DNA of 64,000 bases from an uncultured Eubacteriales bacterium (GCA_900317025.1 ONFG01000004.1:20454-84453), one strand, 5' to 3'; counted from the stretch's first letter, positions 1 through 8,809 are shown. A program made the numbers and translations. The notes: generated from the letters alone by a model not told the origin.

Positions 1-1343
1 GAAAGATTTGCTTCGTCGACCTTATTTGCTTTTACATATGCAGCCCATACATCGTTAGCGTTTGTGCCGAGGTCAGCCATAACCTTTGCAACGTTTTCAC
101 GTGTCCAATCTTTCTTCTCATTCTCCGGAGCGTCCGGGGAAGCAATTTTGGGCTTAGCAACATACTCATAAACCTTATCAGCTACCATCTGAGCAGTATC
201 AGCGTTTTCATCAAGAACAATACCTACTACTTTACAAGTAGATGTAATAACCTTTGCAGGACCGCACTTGTCTGTATTCCTGAACTTTGCTTCAATTGCG
301 AATTTAGTAGAATCTACAGGGTTCTCAAGCTGACCGCCTGTGATATAAAGTATATCGCCGTCAGCGTCTGCTGTGAGAAGAAGGTCACAAGTCTGGGGGC
401 AATCCTTGTTCTTATCATAGCCCTGAACGATAAGCTTAACGATGTGGCCCTTCGGGATAACGATGTCAATGCTCTTGTAGACATCTCTGTTATCATCACC
501 CTTAGCAGCATTCTTAACGCCGTTTACAAACTTCTTAACTTCTTTTCCTGTTTCAGGATCAATCACAGGATCACCGTTTTCGTCTTCTTCAGTCTCCTGA
601 TAAAGACCCCAGTTATTCTGTGTACGCCACTTTAATTCGTCACCGTAGTAGTGACCGCCATTTGTTTCATCCCAAACATAGAAAACCATACCTGTCAAAT
701 CGTCAAAGCCGTTGGAAGCCTCGAATGTGAAGGAGATCGTCTGTGTCTCTGTATCCGAGAGATCTACCTCGCTGCCACGTCCGATATCGCCAGCCTTAAG
801 AGTATTGTCCATTACAGGAGTCTCTGTAGGTGTTGTATCATCGGAAATGTTATATGCAGCATATGCTTCGGACTTTCTGTAGTAGTTAGCATCATCAGGA
901 TTAAGAGAATACCAAGCTACCGGAGGCTCGCCTGCAGAAAGGTCTGTGATAAGGAAAATGCTGTTGCCAATATTCTTCTTACCGGTATTATCTCTGCTTG
1001 CATCAAAAGAAGCTGTCTGGATAGAACCAAGATCATCTGCCTTGTTGTTGAAAATAAGCATAACGCCAACAACGGAGATAGATGCCTTGTAAACATTTTT
1101 ACCGATTTCGGGAGCTGCTGTCATCTCAAAACCAGGCCATCCTGCCAATTCAGGGCTCCAACCGGGACCGCAAGAATAAAGAGAAACCTTCTCTCCGTTT
1201 GCCGTCCAGTTATCCGGTGCAAGGAAATAATAAGTAAGTGTCGGGTCAGTCTCGTCAGCAGCAGCTGTTGTTGAGAATGCGACGCAGAAGATCGACATTA
1301 CCATAGCAACTGCAAGCACAAGACTTAAAAGTTTCTTGGACAT
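1..1343 (-). CDS. Secreted protein, truncated by the window edge (signal peptide; possible starch-binding-module-like segment)
   Basis: Absent from the ORF track because it has no stop inside the window. My reverse-strand translation from ATG 1343 (SD AAGGAGG at 1354-1360) reads MSKKLLSLVLAVAMVMSIFCVAFSTTAAADETDPTLTYYFLAPDNWTANGEKVSLYSCGPGWSPELAGWPGFEMT... and stays open for 447 codons down to position 1. It has a hydrophobic h-region and an AAA/D cleavage-like site. The YYF..PDNW...WPG.EM...IFNN pattern recalls CBM25/26-type modules (memory-based, weak). Confidence 0.8.
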   Translation of the reverse strand, partial: MSKKLLSLVLAVAMVMSIFCVAFSTTAAADETDPTLTYYFLAPDNWTANGEKVSLYSCGPGWSPELAGWPGFEMTAAPEIGKNVYKASISVVGVMLIFNNKADDLGSIQTASFDASRDNTGKKNIGNSIFLITDLSAGEPPVAWYSLNPDDANYYRKSEAYAAYNISDDTTPTETPVMDNTLKAGDIGRGSEVDLSDTETQTISFTFEASNGFDDLTGMVFYVWDETNGGHYYGDELKWRTQNNWGLYQETEEDENGDPVIDPETGKEVKKFVNGVKNAAKGDDNRDVYKSIDIVIPKGHIVKLIVQGYDKNKDCPQTCDLLLTADADGDILYITGGQLENPVDSTKFAIEAKFRNTDKCGPAKVITSTCKVVGIVLDENADTAQMVADKVYEYVAKPKIASPDAPENEKKDWTRENVAKVMADLGTNANDVWAAYVKANKVDEANL

Positions 1344-1936
1344 TTGTTAAATTCCTCCTTAAAAAATAAAAAATTAAATATTGATCCAAAGAAAAATCGG
1401 CTTACGCAAAATATTAAGATATCACCCCTCTTAGATAGTTTTGCACAGCCCGTCCGCCGAATGCCGAAACGGCAAAGTCGTAATATGCCGCACGGCTTGT
1501 CCGACGTCCGCTCCGCCTTGGTGGCCTCGCAGGAAGCGAACCGCACACAAATGAGCTTGAGTTTTTCCTTGGGTATTTACAATACACTCAAAAACACATT
1601 TTCTATATTATACACCAAACTTTTAATATAGGAAAGTGTTTTTTATATAAATCTTGGTTACAGTTTTGTTACTTTTGTAATTTTCTCTTCGTTTTTGTAA
1701 CCTTAAATTTCATTATACACGTAAATTCTAAAATCCATGTGATAATTTGACGATTTTTTGTGATATTTTTTCGCGCTGAGAAATTAGCATTCAACACATA
1801 TTTGGATATTACTATGATTTTTTATCATCTATTTTGCGCATAAATCTCTTTTTGCGTAACCAAACTAGAATTCAATATAACATTGCTGTACCGCGCCGTA
1901 TGTGGTATAATGGTAGTACACTGCAAGGGAGGTATT

Positions 1937-2434
1937 ATGATGAAACAAAGCACTGCGCCGCTCGCCGCTTCCTCGGCGATCATGATCTTGTGCGGATTTT
2001 ATAATACGATCTTCAATGTTCTGCGCCGGGTGTTTCACCTGCTCGGAACGGTTCGTGACGCCGCCGAGCTGCAGGAGGAATACATCGGGTCGGCAGGGTG
2101 GCGCGATATCGCCGTCTCCGTTTACGATCTGGTCGTGATATTCAACCTGTCGTCCGGGGCGCTCGCCGTTTTGCAGATCATCGCGGGTATTCTGGGCGCG
2201 GTCTTCGCGGCACTCTACGCATTTCGCGAAAAAACGCCGAAGGGAACGTGGCTGCCGGCTTTTTTCGGAGGCTTATGTATCGTCTTCGGGGCGGCTTCGT
2301 CCTTTTCATTATATATGTCACACAGCGCGGGAGCATTTCTTGCGTTTACGCTCGCCGTCACTCAGCTTGCCGTTCCGATCGTATTTATGATAACGGCGGT
2401 ACGCTTCAGACGCGGCGCAAAGAAGCTAATTTAG
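1937..2434 (+). CDS. Small multi-pass membrane protein, function unknown
   Basis: ORF 1883..2434. I moved the start to ATG 1937 (MMKQSTAPLAASSAIMIL...) because GGGAGG lies about 6 nt upstream. Hydrophobic segments run throughout. Confidence 0.7.
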   Translation: MMKQSTAPLAASSAIMILCGFYNTIFNVLRRVFHLLGTVRDAAELQEEYIGSAGWRDIAVSVYDLVVIFNLSSGALAVLQIIAGILGAVFAALYAFREKTPKGTWLPAFFGGLCIVFGAASSFSLYMSHSAGAFLAFTLAVTQLAVPIVFMITAVRFRRGAKKLI

Positions 2435-2526
2435 TTAATTTAAAATCAAAGGTGAATCCGAAGGGATTCAAAGCCCGCTGCTAAAAAGCATCCATTTAAA
2501 AACTAAATTCTAACAAAAAGGGGATA

Positions 2527-3522
2527 ATGTGCATGAAAATACTTATCGTCTTTACCGGCGGCACGATCGGCTGCACCGAGAAAAACGGCGTTGCCGACGT
2601 AGATTCCGCGACGTGTGACAGGATCGCCGCTATATGCGCGAAGCTCGGGCAGGAGACGGAGCTTGCTTTTCCGTACAATATGCTCTCGGAGAACGCCGAC
2701 TGCGGCACGCTCTCGAAGCTTGCCTCGTTTATGCTCTCTATCGACTACGAAAAATACGGCGGCGTTATCGTGACCCACGGCAGCGACACACTGGCTTATA
2801 CGGCGAATCTGCTCTCGGCGGCGCTCTCTTGGATAAGTATACCCGTGATAATAACGGCGGCAAACTACGTCATGACCGACAAACGCTCAAACGCCGAGGA
2901 CAACCTTCACGCCGCCTGCGCGTTCATCGAAGAATCAGCGAAACAGGGGAGGGGCGGCGTTTTTGCAGCATGGAAGAACGACGGAAATAGTGCTCAGATA
3001 CACCTTGCAAGCCGCCTGCTTGAATCCGACGCATTCGGGAATTTTGAGTCCTTCGGCGGAAGACCGTTTGCACGGCTCGACGGTGGGCGCTTCGAGTACG
3101 CGCCCGATCAGGAAGCAATCCGGACAAATACACTTGCGTTTCTCAAAAACAGGCGGATAACTCTGAAAAACAACGTGGCGCTGATCCACAGCTACGTCGG
3201 ACTTGACTACGGAACGCTCAATATAAAAGGAAAAGACGCCGTCTTACTGAAGCTTTACCACTCCGGTACGGCGTGCATGACGGGGGAGAGGACAGCTTTT
3301 AAAAACCTCGCCGAAATGTGCCGAAGCGAAAACGCAGATCTGTACATCACCCCCGCCCGCCGCGACACCTACGTTTACGGCTCGTCAAAGGGCTTTAACA
3401 GCACCGCCGCGATACCACTTTACGGTATGAGTGAATACCGCGCGTACACCCTGCTTTTGCTTGCATATTCGCTCGAAGGGGCGGATCGCCGCGCCGTACT
3501 TGGGCTCGAGTCTATTAGCTAA
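2527..3522 (+). CDS. L-asparaginase / GatD-type amidohydrolase family protein
   Basis: N-terminal ILIVFTGGTIGC (asparaginase TGGTI threonine motif) and HGSDTLAYTA (HGTDT-type motif). ATG 2533 is an equally plausible start. Confidence 0.75.
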   Translation: MCMKILIVFTGGTIGCTEKNGVADVDSATCDRIAAICAKLGQETELAFPYNMLSENADCGTLSKLASFMLSIDYEKYGGVIVTHGSDTLAYTANLLSAALSWISIPVIITAANYVMTDKRSNAEDNLHAACAFIEESAKQGRGGVFAAWKNDGNSAQIHLASRLLESDAFGNFESFGGRPFARLDGGRFEYAPDQEAIRTNTLAFLKNRRITLKNNVALIHSYVGLDYGTLNIKGKDAVLLKLYHSGTACMTGERTAFKNLAEMCRSENADLYITPARRDTYVYGSSKGFNSTAAIPLYGMSEYRAYTLLLLAYSLEGADRRAVLGLESIS

Positions 3523-3671
3523 ATTGCCTATTTATTCCAATAGAAGTTTGTATATAAATTTTATGTTTTCCTTTGACACTTTGCTGTAATTATGATAAAA
3601 TAGAAGATGGGAATTTGGATAGTTTGATATTGGCTGTCTTGTATTCTTTGGAAATGAAAAGAAGGGCTGCA

Positions 3672-4409
3672 ATGAAGGACATTATCGTTATCGCATCCGG
3701 AAAGGGCGGAACGGGAAAATCAACGGTCGCCGTAGGGCTTGGCACTGCACTGGCGCACGACGGCTGCCGTGTGCTGCTGATCGACTGCGACAGCGGTATG
3801 CGCGGACTTGACATCATGCTCGGCGTTACGCAAAACCTCGTTTTCGACATCGCTGACGCAGTAAGCGGGAGCTGCACCGTTGAAAACACGGTCTACCCGT
3901 GTCCCGACAAGAAAGGGCTTTTTCTAATGCCTGCGCCGCTCAACGCTTACGACGAGGTCGCCCCGCAGATATTGGGGCAGCTCGTAGACGGCGTTGCCGA
4001 CATCTTTGATTATGTGATAATCGACTCGCCGGCGGGAGTAGGCAGCGGCTTCGAGGCGGCGGCGTTTCCCGCAAAGCGGGCGCTGGTTGTCGTCAACACC
4101 GAGCCGACAAGCATTAGAGGCGGGCAGACAGTGGCTTCAAAACTGCGTTCGTGCGGCATAGATGATATAAGGCTCGTTATAAACCGCTTCAATCGCCAAA
4201 CCTTCCGAAAGATGGCGCTTTACAAGGATCTCGACGAGATAATCGACATCACGGCGCTCCAGCTTATCGGCATCATTCCCGAAGACTACTCGCTCGCAGC
4301 CGCCATTCAATCCGGAAAAAGCGGCAGCATGACCTCCCCGGCAATGAAGGCTCTGGAAAACATCTCTCATCGCCTTAGAGGGGAACTTACGCCGCTTATG
4401 ATCAAATAA
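3672..4409 (+). CDS. MinD/ParA-family P-loop ATPase (orphan, no adjacent minC/minE)
   Basis: ORF 3573..4409 trimmed to ATG 3672 (MKDIIVIASGKGGTGKSTVAVGLG...). Deviant Walker A GKGGTGKS, then LIDCD and IIDSPAG motifs typical of MinD/ParA. Confidence 0.8.
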   Translation: MKDIIVIASGKGGTGKSTVAVGLGTALAHDGCRVLLIDCDSGMRGLDIMLGVTQNLVFDIADAVSGSCTVENTVYPCPDKKGLFLMPAPLNAYDEVAPQILGQLVDGVADIFDYVIIDSPAGVGSGFEAAAFPAKRALVVVNTEPTSIRGGQTVASKLRSCGIDDIRLVINRFNRQTFRKMALYKDLDEIIDITALQLIGIIPEDYSLAAAIQSGKSGSMTSPAMKALENISHRLRGELTPLMIK

Positions 4410-4456
4410 TTTGGGGTTTGAAACATCTGACAACCGAATATTAGGAGGAAACACTT

Positions 4457-4858
4457 ATGAATATCGCATTTATAGCGCACGACGCAAAGAAAGAACTCAT
4501 GGTGCAGTTCTGCATCGCTTACTGCGGAATTCTCAGCCGCCACAATCTCTACGCTACCGGCACAACGGGAAAGATCGTCTCGGAGACGACAGGGCTTAAG
4601 ATCGTGAAGTTCCTTTCCGGCTCGCAGGGCGGCGGTCAACAGATCAGCGCAAAGATAGCCTGTGACGAGATAGATATGCTTCTCTTCTTCAGAGATCCGA
4701 TCAACCCGAAGCCGCACGAGCCGAACGACATGAACCTTCTTCGCATCTGCGATATGCACAATGTACCGGTCGCAACGAATATCGCAACAGCTGAGCTGCT
4801 TATCCACGGCCTTGAAAGAGGCGACCTCGACTGGCGTGAGGTAATGCGCCGCCACTGA
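4457..4858 (+). CDS. mgsA: Methylglyoxal synthase
   Basis: 133 aa: MNIAFIAHDAKKELMV...ATGTTG...SGSQGGGQQI...FFRDP...HEPN, the characteristic MgsA signature. SD AGGAGG upstream. Confidence 0.9.
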   Translation: MNIAFIAHDAKKELMVQFCIAYCGILSRHNLYATGTTGKIVSETTGLKIVKFLSGSQGGGQQISAKIACDEIDMLLFFRDPINPKPHEPNDMNLLRICDMHNVPVATNIATAELLIHGLERGDLDWREVMRRH

Positions 4859-4913
4859 TCCCCGTCAACTGACGAGAGCATCATAACGCCGGGTACAAAT
4901 TATAATAAGGTAG

Positions 4914-5027
4914 GACGCAGGCAAAATGCTCAAGTTACCGAACACTTTGCGTGCGTACTGAAAAAAGGTTTGACGCAGGCAAAAGAGACGGAGTTTCCGA
5001 ATGGTTTGCGTGCGTACTGAAAAAAGG
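4914..5027 (+). repeat. Two tandem copies (period 58) of a hairpin module: GACGCAGGCAAA - variable loop of 20-21 nt - TTTGCGTGCGTACTGAAAAAAGG
   Basis: Copy A is 4914-4968 and copy B is 4972-5027. The arms form an 11-bp stem with one conserved G/G mismatch, and the loops differ in sequence. The second copy ends 12 nt before the hisS ATG. The same core occurs at 21831-21888 on the other strand. Confidence 0.9.
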
Positions 5028-5039
5028 AAAGATCTGTAA

Positions 5040-6392
5040 ATGGAAATTTTGACAAAGAAAGTTAAGGGTGCGGAGGATATACTGCCTTCCGACGCCTGCC
5101 GCTGGCAGTTCCTTGAGGAGCTGATGAGAGACGAGGCTGAGAAGTGCGGCTTTAAGGAGATCCGTACACCCGTTTTTGAACACACCGTTCTGTTTAACAG
5201 AAGCGTCGGAGAAACGACCGACGTTGTTCAGAAGGAAATGTACACCTTCGATACGAAGGGAGGCGAGAGCATCACGCTGCGCCCCGAGGGTACGGCAGGC
5301 GCTGCAAGAGCATACCTTGAACACGCCCTCTATAACGACGGTCTTCCCGTTAAGGTGTATTACCATCTCACCTGCTACCGCTATGAGAAGGCTCAGGCGG
5401 GCAGACAGCGCGAATTCCACCAGTTCGGTATGGAAACATACGGCGCGGCAGATGCCAAAGCAGACGCGGAGATGATCTGCGCCGCAAACGGCATTTTCGA
5501 CAGGCTGGGTCTTGAAAATATCCGACTGGAAATTAATTCCATAGGCTGTAAGACGTGCCGCAGCAGCTATACTCAGGCACTCAAAGAGTATTTTACAGCA
5601 AGGAAGAGCGAGCTTTGCGATACCTGCCTTTCAAGGCTCGACCGCAACCCGATGAGGATCCTCGACTGCAAAAACGAGAGCTGCAAAAAAGTAGCCGAAA
5701 CGGCGCCCGTTGTTCTCGACTACATCTGCGAGGATTGCTCGACACACTTTGACAGAGTAAAGACGTTCCTCGACGCTGCCGATGTTTCGTATACGGTGAA
5801 CCCGACGATTGTAAGAGGTCTTGACTATTATACCCGTACTGTCTTTGAATTTGTTACCGACGCTATCGGCGCTCAAGGCACTGTATGCGGCGGCGGAAGA
5901 TATGACGGCCTTATAGAAGAGCTTGGCGGCCAGCCGACCCCGGCTCTCGGCTTTGCAATGGGCATCGAGCGCCTTTTGTTGGTGCTCAAGGCTCAGGGGA
6001 TAGAGCTTCCCGGCACGCCCACCTGCGACCTCTACATCGCTTCGCTCGGAGTTGACGCCGAGATCAAGGCGTTCTCGCTGTCTCAGAAGCTCCGTTCGGC
6101 TTCGATCATCACAGAGACCGACATCGTAGGCAGAAGCCTGCGCGCTCAGATGAAATACGCCGACAAGATATCGGCAAAGTACAGCGTTGTCATCGGTGAC
6201 GACGACCTGAAGAACAACACCGTCAGAGTCAAGGATATGCGCAATAAGGAGAATTCCTTCGACGCCCCTCTAGACGAGGAAGCGTTTCTTGAGGTCTTCA
6301 CCGATAAGGCTGATCTCGACGGGTTTTCCGCAGACCTTGAAAACATAAAAAAGCTTTTGGAATCACTCAGCGAGGGAAGCTCCGATGAATGA
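5040..6392 (+). CDS. hisS: Histidine--tRNA ligase
   Basis: 450 aa with class II aaRS motifs (..LRPEGTAG.., ..YRYEKAQAGRQREFHQFG.., ..GGGRYDGL..). Confidence 0.95.
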   Translation: MEILTKKVKGAEDILPSDACRWQFLEELMRDEAEKCGFKEIRTPVFEHTVLFNRSVGETTDVVQKEMYTFDTKGGESITLRPEGTAGAARAYLEHALYNDGLPVKVYYHLTCYRYEKAQAGRQREFHQFGMETYGAADAKADAEMICAANGIFDRLGLENIRLEINSIGCKTCRSSYTQALKEYFTARKSELCDTCLSRLDRNPMRILDCKNESCKKVAETAPVVLDYICEDCSTHFDRVKTFLDAADVSYTVNPTIVRGLDYYTRTVFEFVTDAIGAQGTVCGGGRYDGLIEELGGQPTPALGFAMGIERLLLVLKAQGIELPGTPTCDLYIASLGVDAEIKAFSLSQKLRSASIITETDIVGRSLRAQMKYADKISAKYSVVIGDDDLKNNTVRVKDMRNKENSFDAPLDEEAFLEVFTDKADLDGFSADLENIKKLLESLSEGSSDE

Positions 6393-7311
6393 CTGGACCG
6401 AAATAAAGATCAACGTGCCTAACGAGTACATAGACGCCGCCGGCGATATCGCCCAGATGGCGGTACCCTACGGCATCTATATCGAAGATTATTCGATGCT
6501 TGAACAGGAGGTCGAAGAGATCGCTCACATCGACCTTATCGACGAAGAGCTGCTTAAAAAAGACCGAACAAATGGCGTAGTCCACATCTACATAAGCCCG
6601 GAGGACAACCCGGGTGAGGCTGTGTCGTTCCTTAAAGAACGCTACACAAGCGAGCGTATACCATTTGAGATAGAGACCGCCGGCTGTGCCGAGGAAGACT
6701 GGCTCAACAACTGGAAGCAGTATTTCAACCCGATCGAGGTCGGCGAAAAGCTGCTTATCCGCCCGACGTGGCGCAGCGAGTACGACGCAAAGGGGAGAGC
6801 CATACTAAATCTCGACCCTGGCATCGCCTTCGGAACAGGCGCTCACGAAACGACCAGGCTCGTTCTCGGCGTTATCGAAAAGCTCGCAGGCCCCGGAAAG
6901 AATTTTCTCGACGTCGGCTGCGGCAGCGGCATTTTGTCTGCTGCGGCGCTTATTCTCGGCTGCGACGAAGCTTTCGGCGTAGATATAGACGAGATGGCTG
7001 TAAAAACAGCCTATGAAAACGCAGATCTAAACGGCGTTACAGACCGCTTTACGGCCGTATGCGGAAATCTCACCGACAAGGTGCAGGGGAAATACGATAT
7101 TATCGCGGCAAACATCGTTGCGGACGCTATCATCGCGCTTACCGCAGATATCGAAAAATTCATGAAGCCCGAGACCGTTTACGTAATGAGCGGCATCATC
7201 GACTCGCGCAGCGAGGAGGTCGAGGCCGCGGTATCCAAGCATCTCGAGATAACCGAAAAGTACGAAGATAACGGCTGGGTCTGCCTTACAGCAAAGCTTA
7301 GGAATGCTTAA
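6385..7311 (+). CDS. prmA: Ribosomal protein L11 methyltransferase
   Basis: 308 aa with PrmA-type motifs (FGTGAHETT, DVGCGSGILS). The start overlaps the hisS stop by 8 nt. Confidence 0.9.
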   Translation: MNDWTEIKINVPNEYIDAAGDIAQMAVPYGIYIEDYSMLEQEVEEIAHIDLIDEELLKKDRTNGVVHIYISPEDNPGEAVSFLKERYTSERIPFEIETAGCAEEDWLNNWKQYFNPIEVGEKLLIRPTWRSEYDAKGRAILNLDPGIAFGTGAHETTRLVLGVIEKLAGPGKNFLDVGCGSGILSAAALILGCDEAFGVDIDEMAVKTAYENADLNGVTDRFTAVCGNLTDKVQGKYDIIAANIVADAIIALTADIEKFMKPETVYVMSGIIDSRSEEVEAAVSKHLEITEKYEDNGWVCLTAKLRNA

Positions 7312-7439
7312 GGGAACATCTTCTAAAAATTATGTGAAAAATTGGTGTTTTCTATTGTATTATTCTTTTCTTTACTGTAATATTATTAAGGCACTATTAA
7401 ATTTTACTTTATAAAATTTTAAAGGGGGACACATTTTAC

Positions 7440-8747
7440 ATGGCCATCACATCAAGCTCGGGAAGCACCGTTTCCCGACACTTAGCAGTAGTAAAAAAAT
7501 ACTTTAAAAAGCCGATGACGCTCGTCATTGCCATCCTCTCGCTCGTTACGATCGTAGCGCAGTTCATGATGACAACGGCTGCGTCAAAGATCACACCGGA
7601 GCTTACTTCTATGCTTTCTGCTCTCGGTGAATCCGGCGTTGAATTAACAACAGAAACTTCGACTTCAAATCCGCTCTCGTTTATCATTTCGGCAGTTATT
7701 ACTCTGTGCCTGTTCATGATATTCGTGTTCTCGGTAATGCCTAACGGCGGTCCGACCATCTGGTTCTCGATCCTGCACGCGCTTTCCGTTATCCAGCTTA
7801 TCCTCAACGCTATCGGCGCACTCTTTGTAGTTGTTCTTGAGATCGTTTTCATCTTTGCAACGCCTACTCTCGTCAACTTCATAGCCAACAGCTCGGAGGA
7901 AGGAGCGTCAATGACCCCGGAACAGATCGAAGCTATCACAAGAGGCGTCTCTTCCTTCAGAGTCACACTTCTCATCATGCTTCTTGTAACGGTAATTATT
8001 TACGGCGTATATCTCTACTATCTCAACTCTCAGACAGCGTTCCTCAAGAGCGTTACTCTTACCTGTAAGAACCCGCAGCTCAAGAGCAAGGGTGCTGTTC
8101 CTTACGGCAACCTCTCCATCGTATTCGGCGTTATCTCTCTCGTTGGCGTAGTTATCTTTTACCTCATGGTAGGCAACCCCGACAGCAGCGTTCTTGCTGA
8201 AATGGATATCGAGACTCCTGTTGATTTTTCGTTCATCAACAAGATCGTTACTCCTATACTTATCTATTCTGTCACCAACGCTCTTTACATCTCTCTCAGA
8301 GGCTCTTTTGCAAAGGGCTGGGCTAAGTTCGCTAAGGATAACGAGGATCTCGTTTACGAGTCCGTAGGTTCTTCCACCAGACTTTCCGACGTAAGCCCGA
8401 TACCGACTTATAAGTCTTCAAACCGCGCTTCCAATGAAGCAAGACAGCAGAGCCAGCCTTACCTCACAGGTGAGGAAGAGGATCCCAACAAGAAGTCCTC
8501 TTACATTCCCGAGGAGCTCCAGACTGATTACAGTCAGGAGCCTCAGATGTATGGTCAGCAGAACTATGGCGGCGATATGTACGGCAACCCCTACGGCGGT
8601 CAGCCGCAGAACCCGTATGGCGCACAGGGCAATCCGTATGGCGGTCAGCCCGGATTTGGCGGCGATCCGTTCGCACAGTCTCCCATGGGAGGTTCCAATC
8701 CCTACGGCGGCGGTCAAGGCGGCGGCTACAACAACGGCATGATGTAA
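7440..8747 (+). CDS. Multi-pass membrane protein with C-terminal Q/G/Y/P-rich low-complexity tail (uncharacterised family; paralog at 47946..48917)
   Basis: 435 aa with at least 6 hydrophobic helices. The segment YYLNSQTAFLKSVTLTCKNPQLKSKGAVPYGNLSIVFG aligns with IWYSQTQTEFVKSLRLTLVNSVARNKGAHTYGVFSISIS of the 48-kb ORF. The tail has NPYGGQP-type repeats. Confidence 0.8.
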   Translation: MAITSSSGSTVSRHLAVVKKYFKKPMTLVIAILSLVTIVAQFMMTTAASKITPELTSMLSALGESGVELTTETSTSNPLSFIISAVITLCLFMIFVFSVMPNGGPTIWFSILHALSVIQLILNAIGALFVVVLEIVFIFATPTLVNFIANSSEEGASMTPEQIEAITRGVSSFRVTLLIMLLVTVIIYGVYLYYLNSQTAFLKSVTLTCKNPQLKSKGAVPYGNLSIVFGVISLVGVVIFYLMVGNPDSSVLAEMDIETPVDFSFINKIVTPILIYSVTNALYISLRGSFAKGWAKFAKDNEDLVYESVGSSTRLSDVSPIPTYKSSNRASNEARQQSQPYLTGEEEDPNKKSSYIPEELQTDYSQEPQMYGQQNYGGDMYGNPYGGQPQNPYGAQGNPYGGQPGFGGDPFAQSPMGGSNPYGGGQGGGYNNGMM

Positions 8748-8776
8748 TAATCCCGCTGATTTATATGATAAGATCA

Positions 8777-8809
8777 ACGGCTTACGGAGCTTCCGTAAGC
8801 CGTTTTTTA
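8777..8809 (+). terminator. Rho-independent terminator
   Basis: ACGGCTTACGGA / TCCGTAAGCCGT, a 12-bp stem followed by TTTTTT. Confidence 0.85.

Noticed and set aside
651-1274. 207-aa Cys-rich plus-strand ORF
   Set aside because: It is antisense to the secreted-protein gene, which has an SD, a signal peptide and 447 open codons. The composition (many C, R, I) is non-protein-like.
4860-5039. T-box riboswitch upstream of hisS (and of serS at 42726-42745)
   Set aside because: The hisS leader has no T-box consensus sequence, specifier-loop/terminator-antiterminator arrangement or terminator. The serS leader is only 20 nt long. The hisS structure is reported as the hairpin-repeat finding instead.
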